Shown here: piece after piece, positions 26,111-37,307 of the stretch
How the letters are laid out: every line of letters starts with the position of its first letter
Position numbering within the stretch: the stretch's first letter is position 1
NCBI GenBank assembly: GCA_038496445.1
Contig: JALMLS010000337.1
Span: 1 to 42,678, forward strand
Length of the DNA stretch: 42,678 bases
Source: Trichosphaerium sp. ATCC 40318
Taxonomy: Eukaryota > Protista > Tubulinea
Direction of reading: 5' to 3'
Made by a program: the position numbers and the translations under genes
The notes under the pieces: model-generated
The model's input: only the letters and a program-made list of their open reading frames with translations
What the model was told of the DNA's origin: nothing
Database searches by the model: none

Positions 26111-26217
26111 GAATAATATTAAATTAAGGACTACACACTAGGTGCGGTGCCTCAGTATAGGGAGCGCAAACGGCTCCAAATTTGCGAAGCAAATTAGGAG
26201 GGAACGCGACCTTAAAA

Positions 26218-26788
26218 CTATTGATTATAAACAGAACCTAATCTATGAACTGGTTTTGATATTCTTCTATCGTTAGTAGGTTGTAAAAATTTACTTAAAA
26301 TTATAGTACCATCAGGTAATATTTCATCTATTCCACTACCCACGACAAACGCTGGTGTATTCATCTGTAATCTTCGTAAGCTGTTTTGTTCTGATAATAC
26401 ATCCTTATAGTCCATCTGAACATGACATTTGTATCTATCAGTTGTCCATCTACTAGTCGTTTCACTTTTGTACATCCAATCTATATTTTTGACTGTTCCG
26501 TTGTACATGGCAATAATCATCCAATTTATAAACTTGTATCTGATTTGTTGTCCTGCCAACCACTTATTTGCTGGAACACCATGTTTAATGTCATTACGTA
26601 TTATCCAGGTTAATGCTAGTATAATTCCAATTTCTAACAAATGATGTACTGTCTTGCATTTATCTAAAGAGATCTTAAGTGATTCATCTGGTTTACAAAA
26701 GGTTAACAAATCAAATACTACTTCCATTATTTTACTAGGCACTGCCCAATCAAAGAAAATTTCTTCATGCTTTTCTGGAGGGAACGCA
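26218..26788 (-). pseudogene. LINE ORF2 C-terminal segment (zf-RVT-like region)
   Basis: After removing elements C1 and B: IRDIVWRFIMRCLPV|THKKDA|FPPEKHEEIFFDW...LTWIIRNDIKHG in frame; W..RN is typical of L1-clade ORF2 C-termini. Confidence 0.85.
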
Positions 26789-28764
26789 CAGGGCTGAAAC
26801 TAAATAAGGCTTTTTTTGCAAAAGCCTTTTTTTTGCCACCAAATACAGCCTTATTTTTCACCAAATTGCCTTGTTTTTGCCAAAAAAAATGAGCAAATAT
26901 GAGGCATTGCCTTGTAATTTTGGGCTTTGAAGCCTCATATTTGGACCAAATAGCAAGCAACTGGTTCACTAATTAGCCTTAAAATAGCCTGCATTGTTGG
27001 TCCAATAATGCCTCATTTTTTGTGCAACAATAAGGCATTTTTGCCCTCAATTTTTGGGCATAACCCAGGCACCATATACTCATAAAACAAGGCTTTATAT
27101 AGGCATACAATAGTGATTCATTTATTAAAGTACAGTACACAAAACACAAAAAACTTCAATGTCCTCCATGTGAAAAAAAACCTTTAGTTAAAAAAAAAAT
27201 TATAAAATTATTGGTATAATTTTCGCGGACTGGAAAAATGGTTTAAAGTACCTATACTCCTGTTGTAGGTGGATTTGGGCGCTGCGGTTCGAATGGCGGT
27301 GGTTTCGTTAGAATCCATAAAATACTAAGCGTGTGGTGACGGCGTCTATATAAAACGTCAGTAGTAAATGAAAAAAAATGTTTAGGAAGTGTTGGTGTGG
27401 TGGAGACTTACCTTAAACCAATGTATCCTTAATGTACAATGTGTACACAACCAATGCCTAATTGGTGCCTATAAATTTAAGGCTGGCAATGCATAAAAAA
27501 ACTAGGGCAGGCATTGCCTAAAAAAAACAAGGCATTGCAACAATTAAGGCATTGCCCAACAAAGCCTTATTTCAATGCCTGATTTTTGCCTTTTCTGCCA
27601 TTGCCTTTGCAAAATCAGGCATTGCCATTTTTGCATGCCTGATTTTTGCCATCAATGCCTGATTTTAAAAAAATGCCTTCATATTTAAGGCAAACAGGTC
27701 TAAAAATTAAAGTGGTATATACCAGTTTTTTTATGGTATATACCACTTTTTTCAACAAAATGGTATATGAACTGGTATATACCATTTTGAAATACCACTT
27801 TTTTTAGAAATTAAGTGAATAAAAAAGAGGTATATGGAAGTGGTATATACCACTTTTCATTCACATAATGAGACCTTCTAAAAATGGTATATGAAGTGGT
27901 ATATACCATTTTTTATGGTATGTGGTATATACCACCTTTTTATTGGTATATACCACTTTTATGGTGTGCTTCAAGAAGGTCATTAAGGAGCTTTTTGGTA
28001 ATGGGTTTTCTTGTTGAACGATCATAGACGTCATACATTGAACGGTGCGTAGGGACCTTAGTATATCATAGAATCTAACCAAACCAAGCTCATTCGAACC
28101 GCAAGACCTGATTCCAGTACCAACATTAAGGAAACTATATTGCAGGTATTATACAGATGTTCATGGGTACCAGACAAAGTTTTATTTTATTTTCGTTTGA
28201 TATACATTAATCGACCTCCGTAGGCCTTAGTAATTGATGGATTCAGGTGGGACCACTTTCATTAGGTGCGCAGCATGTTTTTACAGTAGGTACAGCAAGA
28301 TCATGGAGATGGAAGAATTTTCCAGACGCCCATAGTAATGTAACTGTAGTGGACATTGTCCAAAACTTGTAACTCACAAACTGTGTATTAAATAAAGTGT
28401 ATTTTCTGGAATTGCAGGTGTACCATAAGTAAGCATAAAGTGGTATATAAGAGTGGTATATACCATGAAAACTGGTATAAAAGTGGTATATAAGTGGTAT
28501 ATACCTAAAAAAGTGGTATAAAAAAGTGGTATATTTTTTTTCTGGTGAAAAAAAGTGGTATATTTTCTGTTTTTATACCTGTTTTTTTTGGTATATTGTT
28601 GGTATATTTGGTCAATATACCACTTTTTTATATTTTCGGTCAAAATATACACTTTTTTTGGTATATACCATAAAAACTGGTATAAAAAAGTGGTATAAAA
28701 GTGGTATATACCAAAAAAATGGTATATTTTTTTAGACCTGAAGCCTTGTTTAGTTTCAGCCCTG
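26789..28764. mobile_element. Non-autonomous TIR element B (~0.93 kb without nested element A), 3-bp TSD GCA
   Basis: TIR cagggctgaaactaaataaggctt / aagccttgtttagtttcagccctg; gca at 26786-26788 and 28765-28767; internal aggcattgcc-type repeats. Confidence 0.9.
27695..28740. mobile_element. Non-autonomous TIR element A nested in B, 1046 bp, 2-bp TSD AA
   Basis: TIR caggtctaaaaa / tttttagacctg; subterminal arrays of palindromic gtggtatataccac. Confidence 0.88.
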
Positions 28765-28782
28765 GCATCTTTTTTATGTGTA

Positions 28783-30728
28783 CAGGTCTAAAATTCTCGA
28801 GCTGTTTTTATGGTAGATACCATGGATTTGTGGTATAATTATACCATTGATTCCAATTTTATACCACAAATTCCAGTATAATATACCATAAATCAAAGGA
28901 TTTATACCATGAAACAGCCAAATTATACCATAAATATACAGTAGAAAGTGCGAATTTATACCATATTTTTTCACCTGAAAAAATGCATTATATGGTATAA
29001 TTCTACCATAAAACATGGTATAAAACACAGTATAATACCATAAAGCCTGGTATATTATACCTTAAAACTTGGTAGATTATACCACAAAACCAGGTGTATT
29101 ATACTGTGTAAAAACTGTTCTAAAAATAAAAACACATTTATTAATACATCTTTTTTTGTTTACATCCGTGACTTTAGTTTTGCCCATGTCCTTTTTTGCA
29201 GTGATCAAATAACCTTAAAAGAACAGATCGTACTTGCTGTAAGTGCATTGAATGGATATAGCATGAAACCTAAAAGAAGAGTTAGCGCCAGCTTGGTTTC
29301 TTGTACACAAAATAAATAGTCGTACAAAAATTGTTGTTTTATGGCAGCGCTGAGAATAACAAATGTCCTGCACGGTGAAGCCAAACCAAGACTAAAACAA
29401 AGAAATGAAAATAGCTACCAACCTCATCGGAAACGAGTTCTAGCGGAATAGTACCTGGTTGGGCGGCTAACACGTTTTGTTTTTTTTATATCACCTATTA
29501 AGCCTGTAAAACCTATGGCAAACAGCTTTAAAACAACTACTTTCTAGCGTACCTTGTGTTGTGGGCAATAAACTGGCTTAGTTTTATGCCCTGGCTTAGC
29601 CAATTAGTTTACAATATCACTCGTAAGGTCAACGCATGGGTGCAGAGCCTAAATGCTATCTGTTCCGCAAATGCGGGCGTTTGGTAGGAAAAAAACCAAA
29701 AAAATCAAAAAAATCCAAAAAAAACCAAAAAACTCGAAAATGGGTAGGCTCTGAAACAACTTTGCCTTATATCACTAATCGCGTGGTTTAACACACATTG
29801 GGGCATATATCAAGAATGTCAAAAAAAAATAAATAATTTTGCTCTTGATTTGGTAAATGAGGCTGTATGGCGTTGATTGAGTGTAAAAATGCGTATGGAG
29901 GGGAGAAAAAAATGAGAGCCGGAGAAAAAAACCTCCAATTGGAGGTTTTTTGCGAATGGGCATTTTTCGAGCGCTAAACGCGTTTTTGGTGTGTATACCA
30001 CTGTAGCGTTCTAACATGGGGTACGCGGAGTGGTTTCTTCCTCAAATACCATTAATCGGAGAAAGTTGGCCAATTTATCCCTAAAACGCCCGTAATTGGG
30101 GCGCGTTACCAGATCTCTCTTAAAACTGTTTTTCACACATTTATATGCCAATTATGTTCAATAACGGCTACTGTCAAAGCATTGTGTGGTATGGCGTTTG
30201 TGTAGGTCCATATGCTATTAAATCAAGTGCAGACCAAGTGAGCTTTGACTAACTTATACTTATACATAATACCACGGTATAATACCACATTTTATGGTAT
30301 AATTATATGGTATAATGCACGGTATACAATACTGTAAAATACAGTATAATACCATGGTATAATACTGTGTTTTATGGTATAATTATATGGTATAATGCAT
30401 GGTATAATATACTGTAAAATGTGGTATAATACCATGGTATAATACTGTGTTTTATGGTATATATGGTATATGCGTGATATATATATACTTTAAAATGCAG
30501 TATACCATGGTATAGTACCATGTTTTATGGTATAATTATATTCTATAAATTGAGATATGGTATAAACATGGTATAATGGCTGTTATACCATTTGTCCAAA
30601 AAACATGGTATTATACCATATTTTATGGTATAATTATATGGTATAATTATGGATTATACTGAGCTTGTACCATAAAAGGTGATTATACCATAAAATATGG
30701 TATTATACCATGATAATTTTCAGACCTG
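28783..30728. mobile_element. Non-autonomous TIR element C, copy 1, 1946 bp, TSD TA
   Basis: Ends caggtctaaaatt / aattttcagacctg flanked by ta; tggtataattatacca-type arrays at both ends; interrupts ORF2. Confidence 0.92.
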
Positions 30729-33475
30729 TAACTGGAAGACATCTCATAATAAATCTCCATACAATGTCTCTAATATAACTGACTCCCTTGAATTTATTTA
30801 GTAGTAGGAGTATGGATGAGTTAAAGATGTAGTTTTTCCTGAAGTGGGGTTTAAGGCGAGGGATAATTCTTTTCTTAAAATTAAAGAATAAAATTTAACT
30901 TTTCATAATTGGAATTTGGAACCACATTAAAAGAATCAAATTGTTTTCTGCAACCAAGATGTGACTTATTATTCCATACCGTTTTGTACAGTGTCTGTTG
31001 TTAGGTGACGTCCCATAATGATGCTTTAAATGCGTTACTAATTTAGATATGGAACTTAACGAAAAACCACCATTTTTGTATGGGAGAGAGAGTTGCGACC
31101 AGGAAACGCGAGAATACTTTCGGTATTTATCATATACTCTTGACACATCCCACAAGAACCAATTACAGACGTTAATAAGTTTAGCTGTTGCACTTGGAGG
31201 AATAGAAAGTGGTCTAGTAAAGTAGATTAGTTGGGACTGAGCATATGATTTAAAAACATTAATTTTTTGGCGAATTGTTTTGCATAGCGGTTTCCATTTG
31301 ATGAGTTGTAGAGCTATCTTGTGTATCGCACTATTCCAATCGAAATTCAGTCCATCATCACTAAGAGTAAAACCCAAGTATCTAATACTTGTACCTGTGT
31401 CGAAGACCTTACTATTATCGTCGTCTAAACCTGAAATATTTGCTTGAAAACACTTTTTCTCATTGATTTGTAGACCGGTTGCTTTGCCATATCTTGTTAA
31501 CCAATAATTCATTTCATCTATATCATCTACGGAACTAGCTAACAACAAGAGATCATCGGCGAAGAAGAGGTTCTTAAGCCAGTTATCAATACTCATCTCA
31601 GCTCCTTTAATATAAGCCTCGTGATTGATGATCCAATTAAGAGGTTCCACCATAATGGCGAAAAAATATGGGCTGATAGGATTCCCCTGTCCTGTACCTC
31701 TCTTAGTGCAGAATGTTTCCTCACTAACTACGGTTAATCCTAACTTGTACATCTAGTTTAAGCGCTTGAACTAGCATATCAGCAATTTTTTTTGAGAATC
31801 CTATTTTTGTTAGGAAAAGTTTCAGCGCTGTATGACTGCATGAATCAAATGCTTTTTTGAAATCATAAGCTATCATCCTAAGCCATTTTGAGTGTTTTTT
31901 GTTGTAAGCTATGGCTTCCAAAGCTGCTATCACGTTATCTACTATGTCTCTGCCTGGAATAAATCCATTCTGAGTTTTGAGAATAACCTTGGACATTATA
32001 GGAGTCATACGATTATAAAAAACTTTCATTAAAATTTTATAATCAATGTTAGTAAGAGTTATAGGTCTGTAATTAGCCATTAATGTAGGATCACCCTTCT
32101 TAAATATTGGAATAATGGTACCTTTACATAAAAATTGATCCACACATCCTTGTTGAATGAAGTCATTGAAAAGAGATGTTAAAGAGGGAACAAAGACATT
32201 CTTCATTGTTTTATAGACGCACGCAGAAAGGCCATCCGGGCCTGGAGCTTTGTTCGTTGGCATCTTATCTATTACCTCTTCTATCTCCTCTTCTTCAATC
32301 TTACTGTTTAATTTATTTTGGAGATCTACAAAGACTTTAGGATTCCATAAATTGCTTACTTGTTTTAATACGGTCTCATCTACAATCAGGTCGTCATATA
32401 GGTGCTTGTAAAAGCGAACACTTGTAGATAAGATAGCTTTGACATCTTTGGATGATGTACCATTCCAGGTACAACAAAGTTCTTCTATAACTCTGGCTGA
32501 ATTTCTTCCTTTTAGCAATCTAGTTAATTGTGCTGATGGAATTTCATTATATTTATCCTTATCCAGAGAGGCAGCGACACATGTAAATTCCTTTTTTTCT
32601 CTGATAAGATTATTGTATTCCAGAAGGTCCTTGACTGTAGCTGTGTGTTTGTTGGATAGGACATCTGCCAACACGTTTATTCTTGCATTTTTCTTAAATA
32701 TAAGATTAGTTTGAGTTTTTTTGAAACGATTCATCAGTTCCAATTTGTCACGCAAATAGTCTATTGGGAGGGGTCCAAAGGTCAAATCACATATCTTAGT
32801 GTCTTTATAGACCTCTTTAAACAAAACAGGATTAATACGAAAAGAACGAGGGAGACGAGGACCAAATTCAAACGTAGCTAGAAGAATTGAGTGATCCAAC
32901 TCAAATAAAGGCATTTCTAGGATCTTGAATGACTTTAAATTTGTAGCTAGCGTTTTAGAGACAAGAAGCAGATCCAGTCTACCGCCTTTTTCATGTGTAG
33001 GGAGCACTTTATGAAATTTGACAGCTGCATCTATGAATCCCAGATTAAGAAGTAATGCGTACGTTTTTAAAGACTTCTTATTCTCTATGCGCAAGTTAAA
33101 GTCACCAGTAATTATATCGCATTCTGCCACTGCTTCGAATACTTTAAGCCAAAATTGGTTAGAACTATTTGATTTAGCGTAAATCGTAGCTATCTTTAGT
33201 TTGACGCCATTACACTCCACCTCAGCGACAAGAATGCGTCCATCCAAAGAATTGATAAGAACAGGATTTTTTCCTCTGATTGCTGTTAACGCCACACCTG
33301 TACCTCTACCTTCATCTGTTGAAATTGTTTTGCGTCTGTGCTCCTGAAAAGAATTTGTTTCCGTGGAACATAAAATATTACACTTAAGGTTGTACGAGAG
33401 CTCACGCACCATGTCAAAATTACTGAAGCCACGTATATTGGCTGTAGCCAGCTTAACTGTTTTGAACTTAGTCAT
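30729..33475 (-). pseudogene. LINE ORF2: AP-endonuclease + reverse transcriptase (frameshift near 31727, stop at 30895-30897)
   Basis: APE motifs ANIRG, TET, TIYA, GDFN, RLD, DH; RT motifs KAPGPDG, NYRPITL, QNGFIPGR, DFKKAFD, RGTGQGNPISP, FADD, RYLG. Confidence 0.95.
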
Positions 33476-33702
33476 AGAAGATCATATAACCCAAACCACG
33501 CGTAGGCAAACCTATAATTAACTAGAAAAGACACAAAAATAAAAGAATGGTTACAAATTTGTATTTTTCTATAAAAACAGAGCCGACACAACCAAAGGAC
33601 CCTACGAAGCAGAAAAACAAGAGAAAACAACAAAAAAGGGTAAGAAAACAGCAAAAAAGGGTAAGTCAACGTAAATGATGTATTTATTAGTCTAACCATC
33701 AT
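33472..33702 (-). CDS. Small hydrophobic ORF (76 aa) bridging LINE ORF1 and ORF2
   Basis: ATGA start/stop overlap with ORF1 (33699-33702) and with ORF2 (33472-33475). T-rich, so it may be incidental. Confidence 0.35.
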   Translation of the reverse strand: MMVRLINTSFTLTYPFLLFSYPFLLFSLVFLLRRVLWLCRLCFYRKIQICNHSFIFVSFLVNYRFAYAWFGLYDLL

Positions 33703-36700
33703 TTTTTTGGGTTAAGAGGGTTATTCTTATAGAAGGCGATACGCAGCTGGGTAATCTCATCTTCTTTAAACTCCGGATCGACTCTCTTTGCAATTCTCTT
33801 TGGTCTTTCTAGTGCCATATGTTGTTTAAGTGCATCAATAAAGGCTTGTTCGCGTATAACTTTATCCTTCTCATATTGATCGTCAAATTGTTGTATTTGA
33901 ACAGGTTGCATTGGAACATCTGGGTCACAGACAGTCGGTTGTTGAGGATTGTAAGGAGCAACAATCTTTCTTGGGCGCTTCGGTTGAACAGGATTGACAG
34001 CAGTTTCGTTCTTTCTTTTTCCCAATCTAAAACTTTCTATTTCGTTTTCGGAGAGAAATTGTACCGTGTCTGCGTATTGTTGGGCACTTCTGAAGTCCTT
34101 AGCGCTTTTAAACACCTTAAAAACCAGATGATGTTTATTTCTCTTGAGAACTTGGAATTTTTCAAATCCTGCGATAATCTTTGAGCACAAGAAAACACAA
34201 CCATTCGTCGGATAATGAAACGTTTCAGTTTTCCATCTTCGAAAGTCGAGAAGTTTGACTCCCATAGCTTCACAGAATGCGTTACAAAGAAAACGCATCT
34301 CTTTTTCTCCTTCCGTGATTTCGAAACCAGAGATAACTATTTTGGTCGAGTTGTGGGCAATAGTAATAACGTTGAATCCATCTTTCTTGAGATTACCGCG
34401 AAGTTCTTGGATATCATCTACAGGTCTGAAAATTATCATGGTATAATACCATATTTTATGGTATAATCACCTTTTATGGTACAAGCTCAGTATAATTCAT
34501 AATTATACCATATAATTATACCATAAAATATGGTATTATACCATGTTTTTTGGACAAATGGTATAACAGCCATTATACCATGTTTATACCATATCTCGAT
34601 TTATAGAATATAATTATACCATAAAACATGGTACTATACCATGGTATTATACTGTATTTTAAAGTATAGTATACCGTGCATTATACCATATAATTATACC
34701 ATAAAACATGGTACTATACCATGGTATTATACCACATTTTACAGTATATTATACCATGCATTATACCATATAATTATACCATAAAACACGGTACTATACC
34801 ATGGTATTATACTGCATTTTAAAGTATATTATACCGTGCATTATACCATATAATTATACCATAAAACATGGTACTATACCATGGTATTATACTGTATTTT
34901 AAAGTATTGTATACCGTGCATTATACCATATAATTATACCATAAAATGTGGTATTATACTGTGGTATTATACCGTATAAGTATAAGTTAGTCAAAGCTCA
35001 CTTGGTCTGCAGTTGATTTAATAGCATATGGACCTACGCAAACGCCATACCACACAATGCTTTGACAGTAGCTGTTATTGAACATAATTGGCATATAAAT
35101 GTGTGAAAAACAGTTTTAAGAGAGAAATCTGGTAACGCGCCCCAATTACGGGCGTTTTAGGGATAAATTGGCCAACTTTCTCCAATTGACGGTATTTGAG
35201 GAAGAAACCACTCCGCGTACCCCATGTTAGAGCGCTACAGTGGCAGACACACCAAAAATGCGTTTAGCGCTCGAAAAATGCCTATTCGCAAAAAACCTCC
35301 AATTGGAGGTTTTTTTCCCCGGCTCTCATTTTTTTCTCCTCTCCATAGGCATTTTTACACTCAATCAACACCATACAGCCTCATTTACCAAATCAGGAGC
35401 AAAATTATTTATTTTTTTTTGAAATTCTTGATATATGCCCCAATGTGTGTTAAACCGCGTGATTAGTGTTATAAGGCAAAGTTGTTTCAAAGCCTACCCA
35501 TTTTTCGAGTTTTTTGGGTTTTTTTGGATTTTTTTGGATTTTTTTGGTTTTTTTCCTACTAAACGCCCACATTTACCGGAACAGATAGCATTTAGGCTCT
35601 GCACCCATGCGTTGACCTTACGAGTGATATTGTAAACTAATTGGCTAAGCCAGGACATAAAACTAAGTCTTGACCAGTTTATCGCCCACACAACACAAGG
35701 TACGCTAAAAAGTAGTTGTTTTGAAGCTGTTTGAACCTAGGTTTTACAGGCTAGATAAAAAAAAAACCAAGATGTGTTAGCTAACAGGTACGATTCTGCT
35801 AGAACTTGTTTCTGATGGAGTTGGCAGTTATTTTCATTTCTTTGTTTTAATCTTGGTTTGGCTTCACCGCACAGGTCATTTGTTACTCTCAGCGCTGTCA
35901 CCACAACAAAACAGCAATTCTTGTACGACTATTTATTTTGTGCATCAAGCCTTTACTAACTCTTCTTTTAGTTTTCATGCTATGTCCATTCGATGCACTT
36001 ACAGCAAGTACGATCTTTTTTTTTGAAGGTGTCAACTACTGCAAAAGAGAACATGGACAAAACCAAAGGTCACGGATGTAAACAAAAGAATGTATTAATA
36101 AATGTGGTTTTATTATTAGAACAGTTTTTACACGGTATAATACACCTGGTTTTGTGGTATAATCTACCAAGTTTTAAGGTATAATATACCAGGCTTTGTG
36201 GTATTATACTGTGTTTTATACCATGTTTTATGGTAGAATTATACCATATATTGCATTTTTTTAGGTGAAAAAATATGGTATAAATTCGCACTTTCTACTG
36301 TATATTTATGGTATAATTTAGCTGTTTTATGGTATAAATCCTTTGATTTATGGTATATTATACTGGAATTTGTGGTATAAAATTGGAATCAATGGTATAA
36401 TTATACCACAAATCCATGGTATCTACCATAAAAACAGCTCGAAAATTTTAGACCTGTATAACAGACGGAGAAGCATACATAGAAATCGTAGTATTGAAAG
36501 GGAACTCCTTAGCCGTAATGATATGTTCACTTTCGCTCTTGATTACTTCATGAATAGCACGTTTAGCTAGATTGAACTTGGCTTGAAGATCATCGGAAAT
36601 GAATTGTTTGGGTCTAACACCTTGGATCAGATCTGGATAAATCTCGAGTTTAATAATCCACACGATTCTTCCTTGTTGAGCGCTTTCTTGTAATTGATTG

Positions 36701-37272
36701 TCATTGGACTTGGACATATCAATACATACTTTTTCGATCGTGTTTTTGAAGACTGAGATTCTTTGGATTTCAGGAAGTTCATCCATAACTTGGTCAATTT
36801 GTTGATTTACTGCCATCGTTGTTAATCGTTTGTAGTGAGTAGTGGTAATGGATTGGACCATGGTGAGGGCATTCACATAATTTGCATACGTGTCATTATC
36901 CATAGTAGAAATTACCAAATTTTTGCAATTTTCTATATGAGCGAATTGCACTTTGGAAAGAAAATCTGAAATACAAAATTTTCCACGTGATATTTTAAAA
37001 TACAGATGAATATTGTTTTCTGTAAAGTAGGATTTTTTGTAAAAATGTTGATGATGAATTTTTTGTGGATAACTTGGTTTTGCCTTGGTATTGACTACGG
37101 ACCATGTATCGTTGATACGCATGACTACAATGTCATACGGATAAATCATAAAAGAAGTATGTACAAAATGCTGAATAATGGGTTTATTGTCACTACAGTG
37201 GTAGTTGTTATAACGTTCTAAATAATGTTTACTAAGGGGAAATGTATAGCTTGTAAGGTATAAAGTAGGCAT
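33699..37272 (-). pseudogene. LINE ORF1 (~511 aa reconstructed), split by element C2 (37272-36457 + 34418-33699)
   Basis: Removing 34421-36456 and one TA gives ...YASPSVI|DDIQELRG... in frame; lies upstream of ORF2; no domain recognised. Confidence 0.85.
34421..36456. mobile_element. Non-autonomous TIR element C, copy 2, 2036 bp, inverted relative to copy 1, TSD TA
   Basis: Reverse-complement homologue of 28783-30728 along its length; own TIRs and ta flanks (34419-20, 36457-58); extra subterminal repeat units. Confidence 0.92.
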
Positions 37273-37307
37273 AACCAGCACTACCGTTATTCTAACTAGC
37301 GTAACAT

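Noticed and set aside
26781-28772. hAT assignment from CAGGG termini
   Set aside because: No 8-bp TSD; frame restoration requires 2-3-bp duplications.
26727-30017. Short ORFs inside TIR elements A, B and C (and 35224-36570) as transposase remnants
   Set aside because: They derive from low-complexity repeats; no DDE or DNA-binding motifs seen.
28783-36456. A single novel retroelement with 2-kb terminal inverted repeats around an RT (DIRS-like)
   Set aside because: Each arm has its own TIRs and TA duplication, and LINE ORF1 and ORF2 continue in frame outside the arms, so these are two later insertions.
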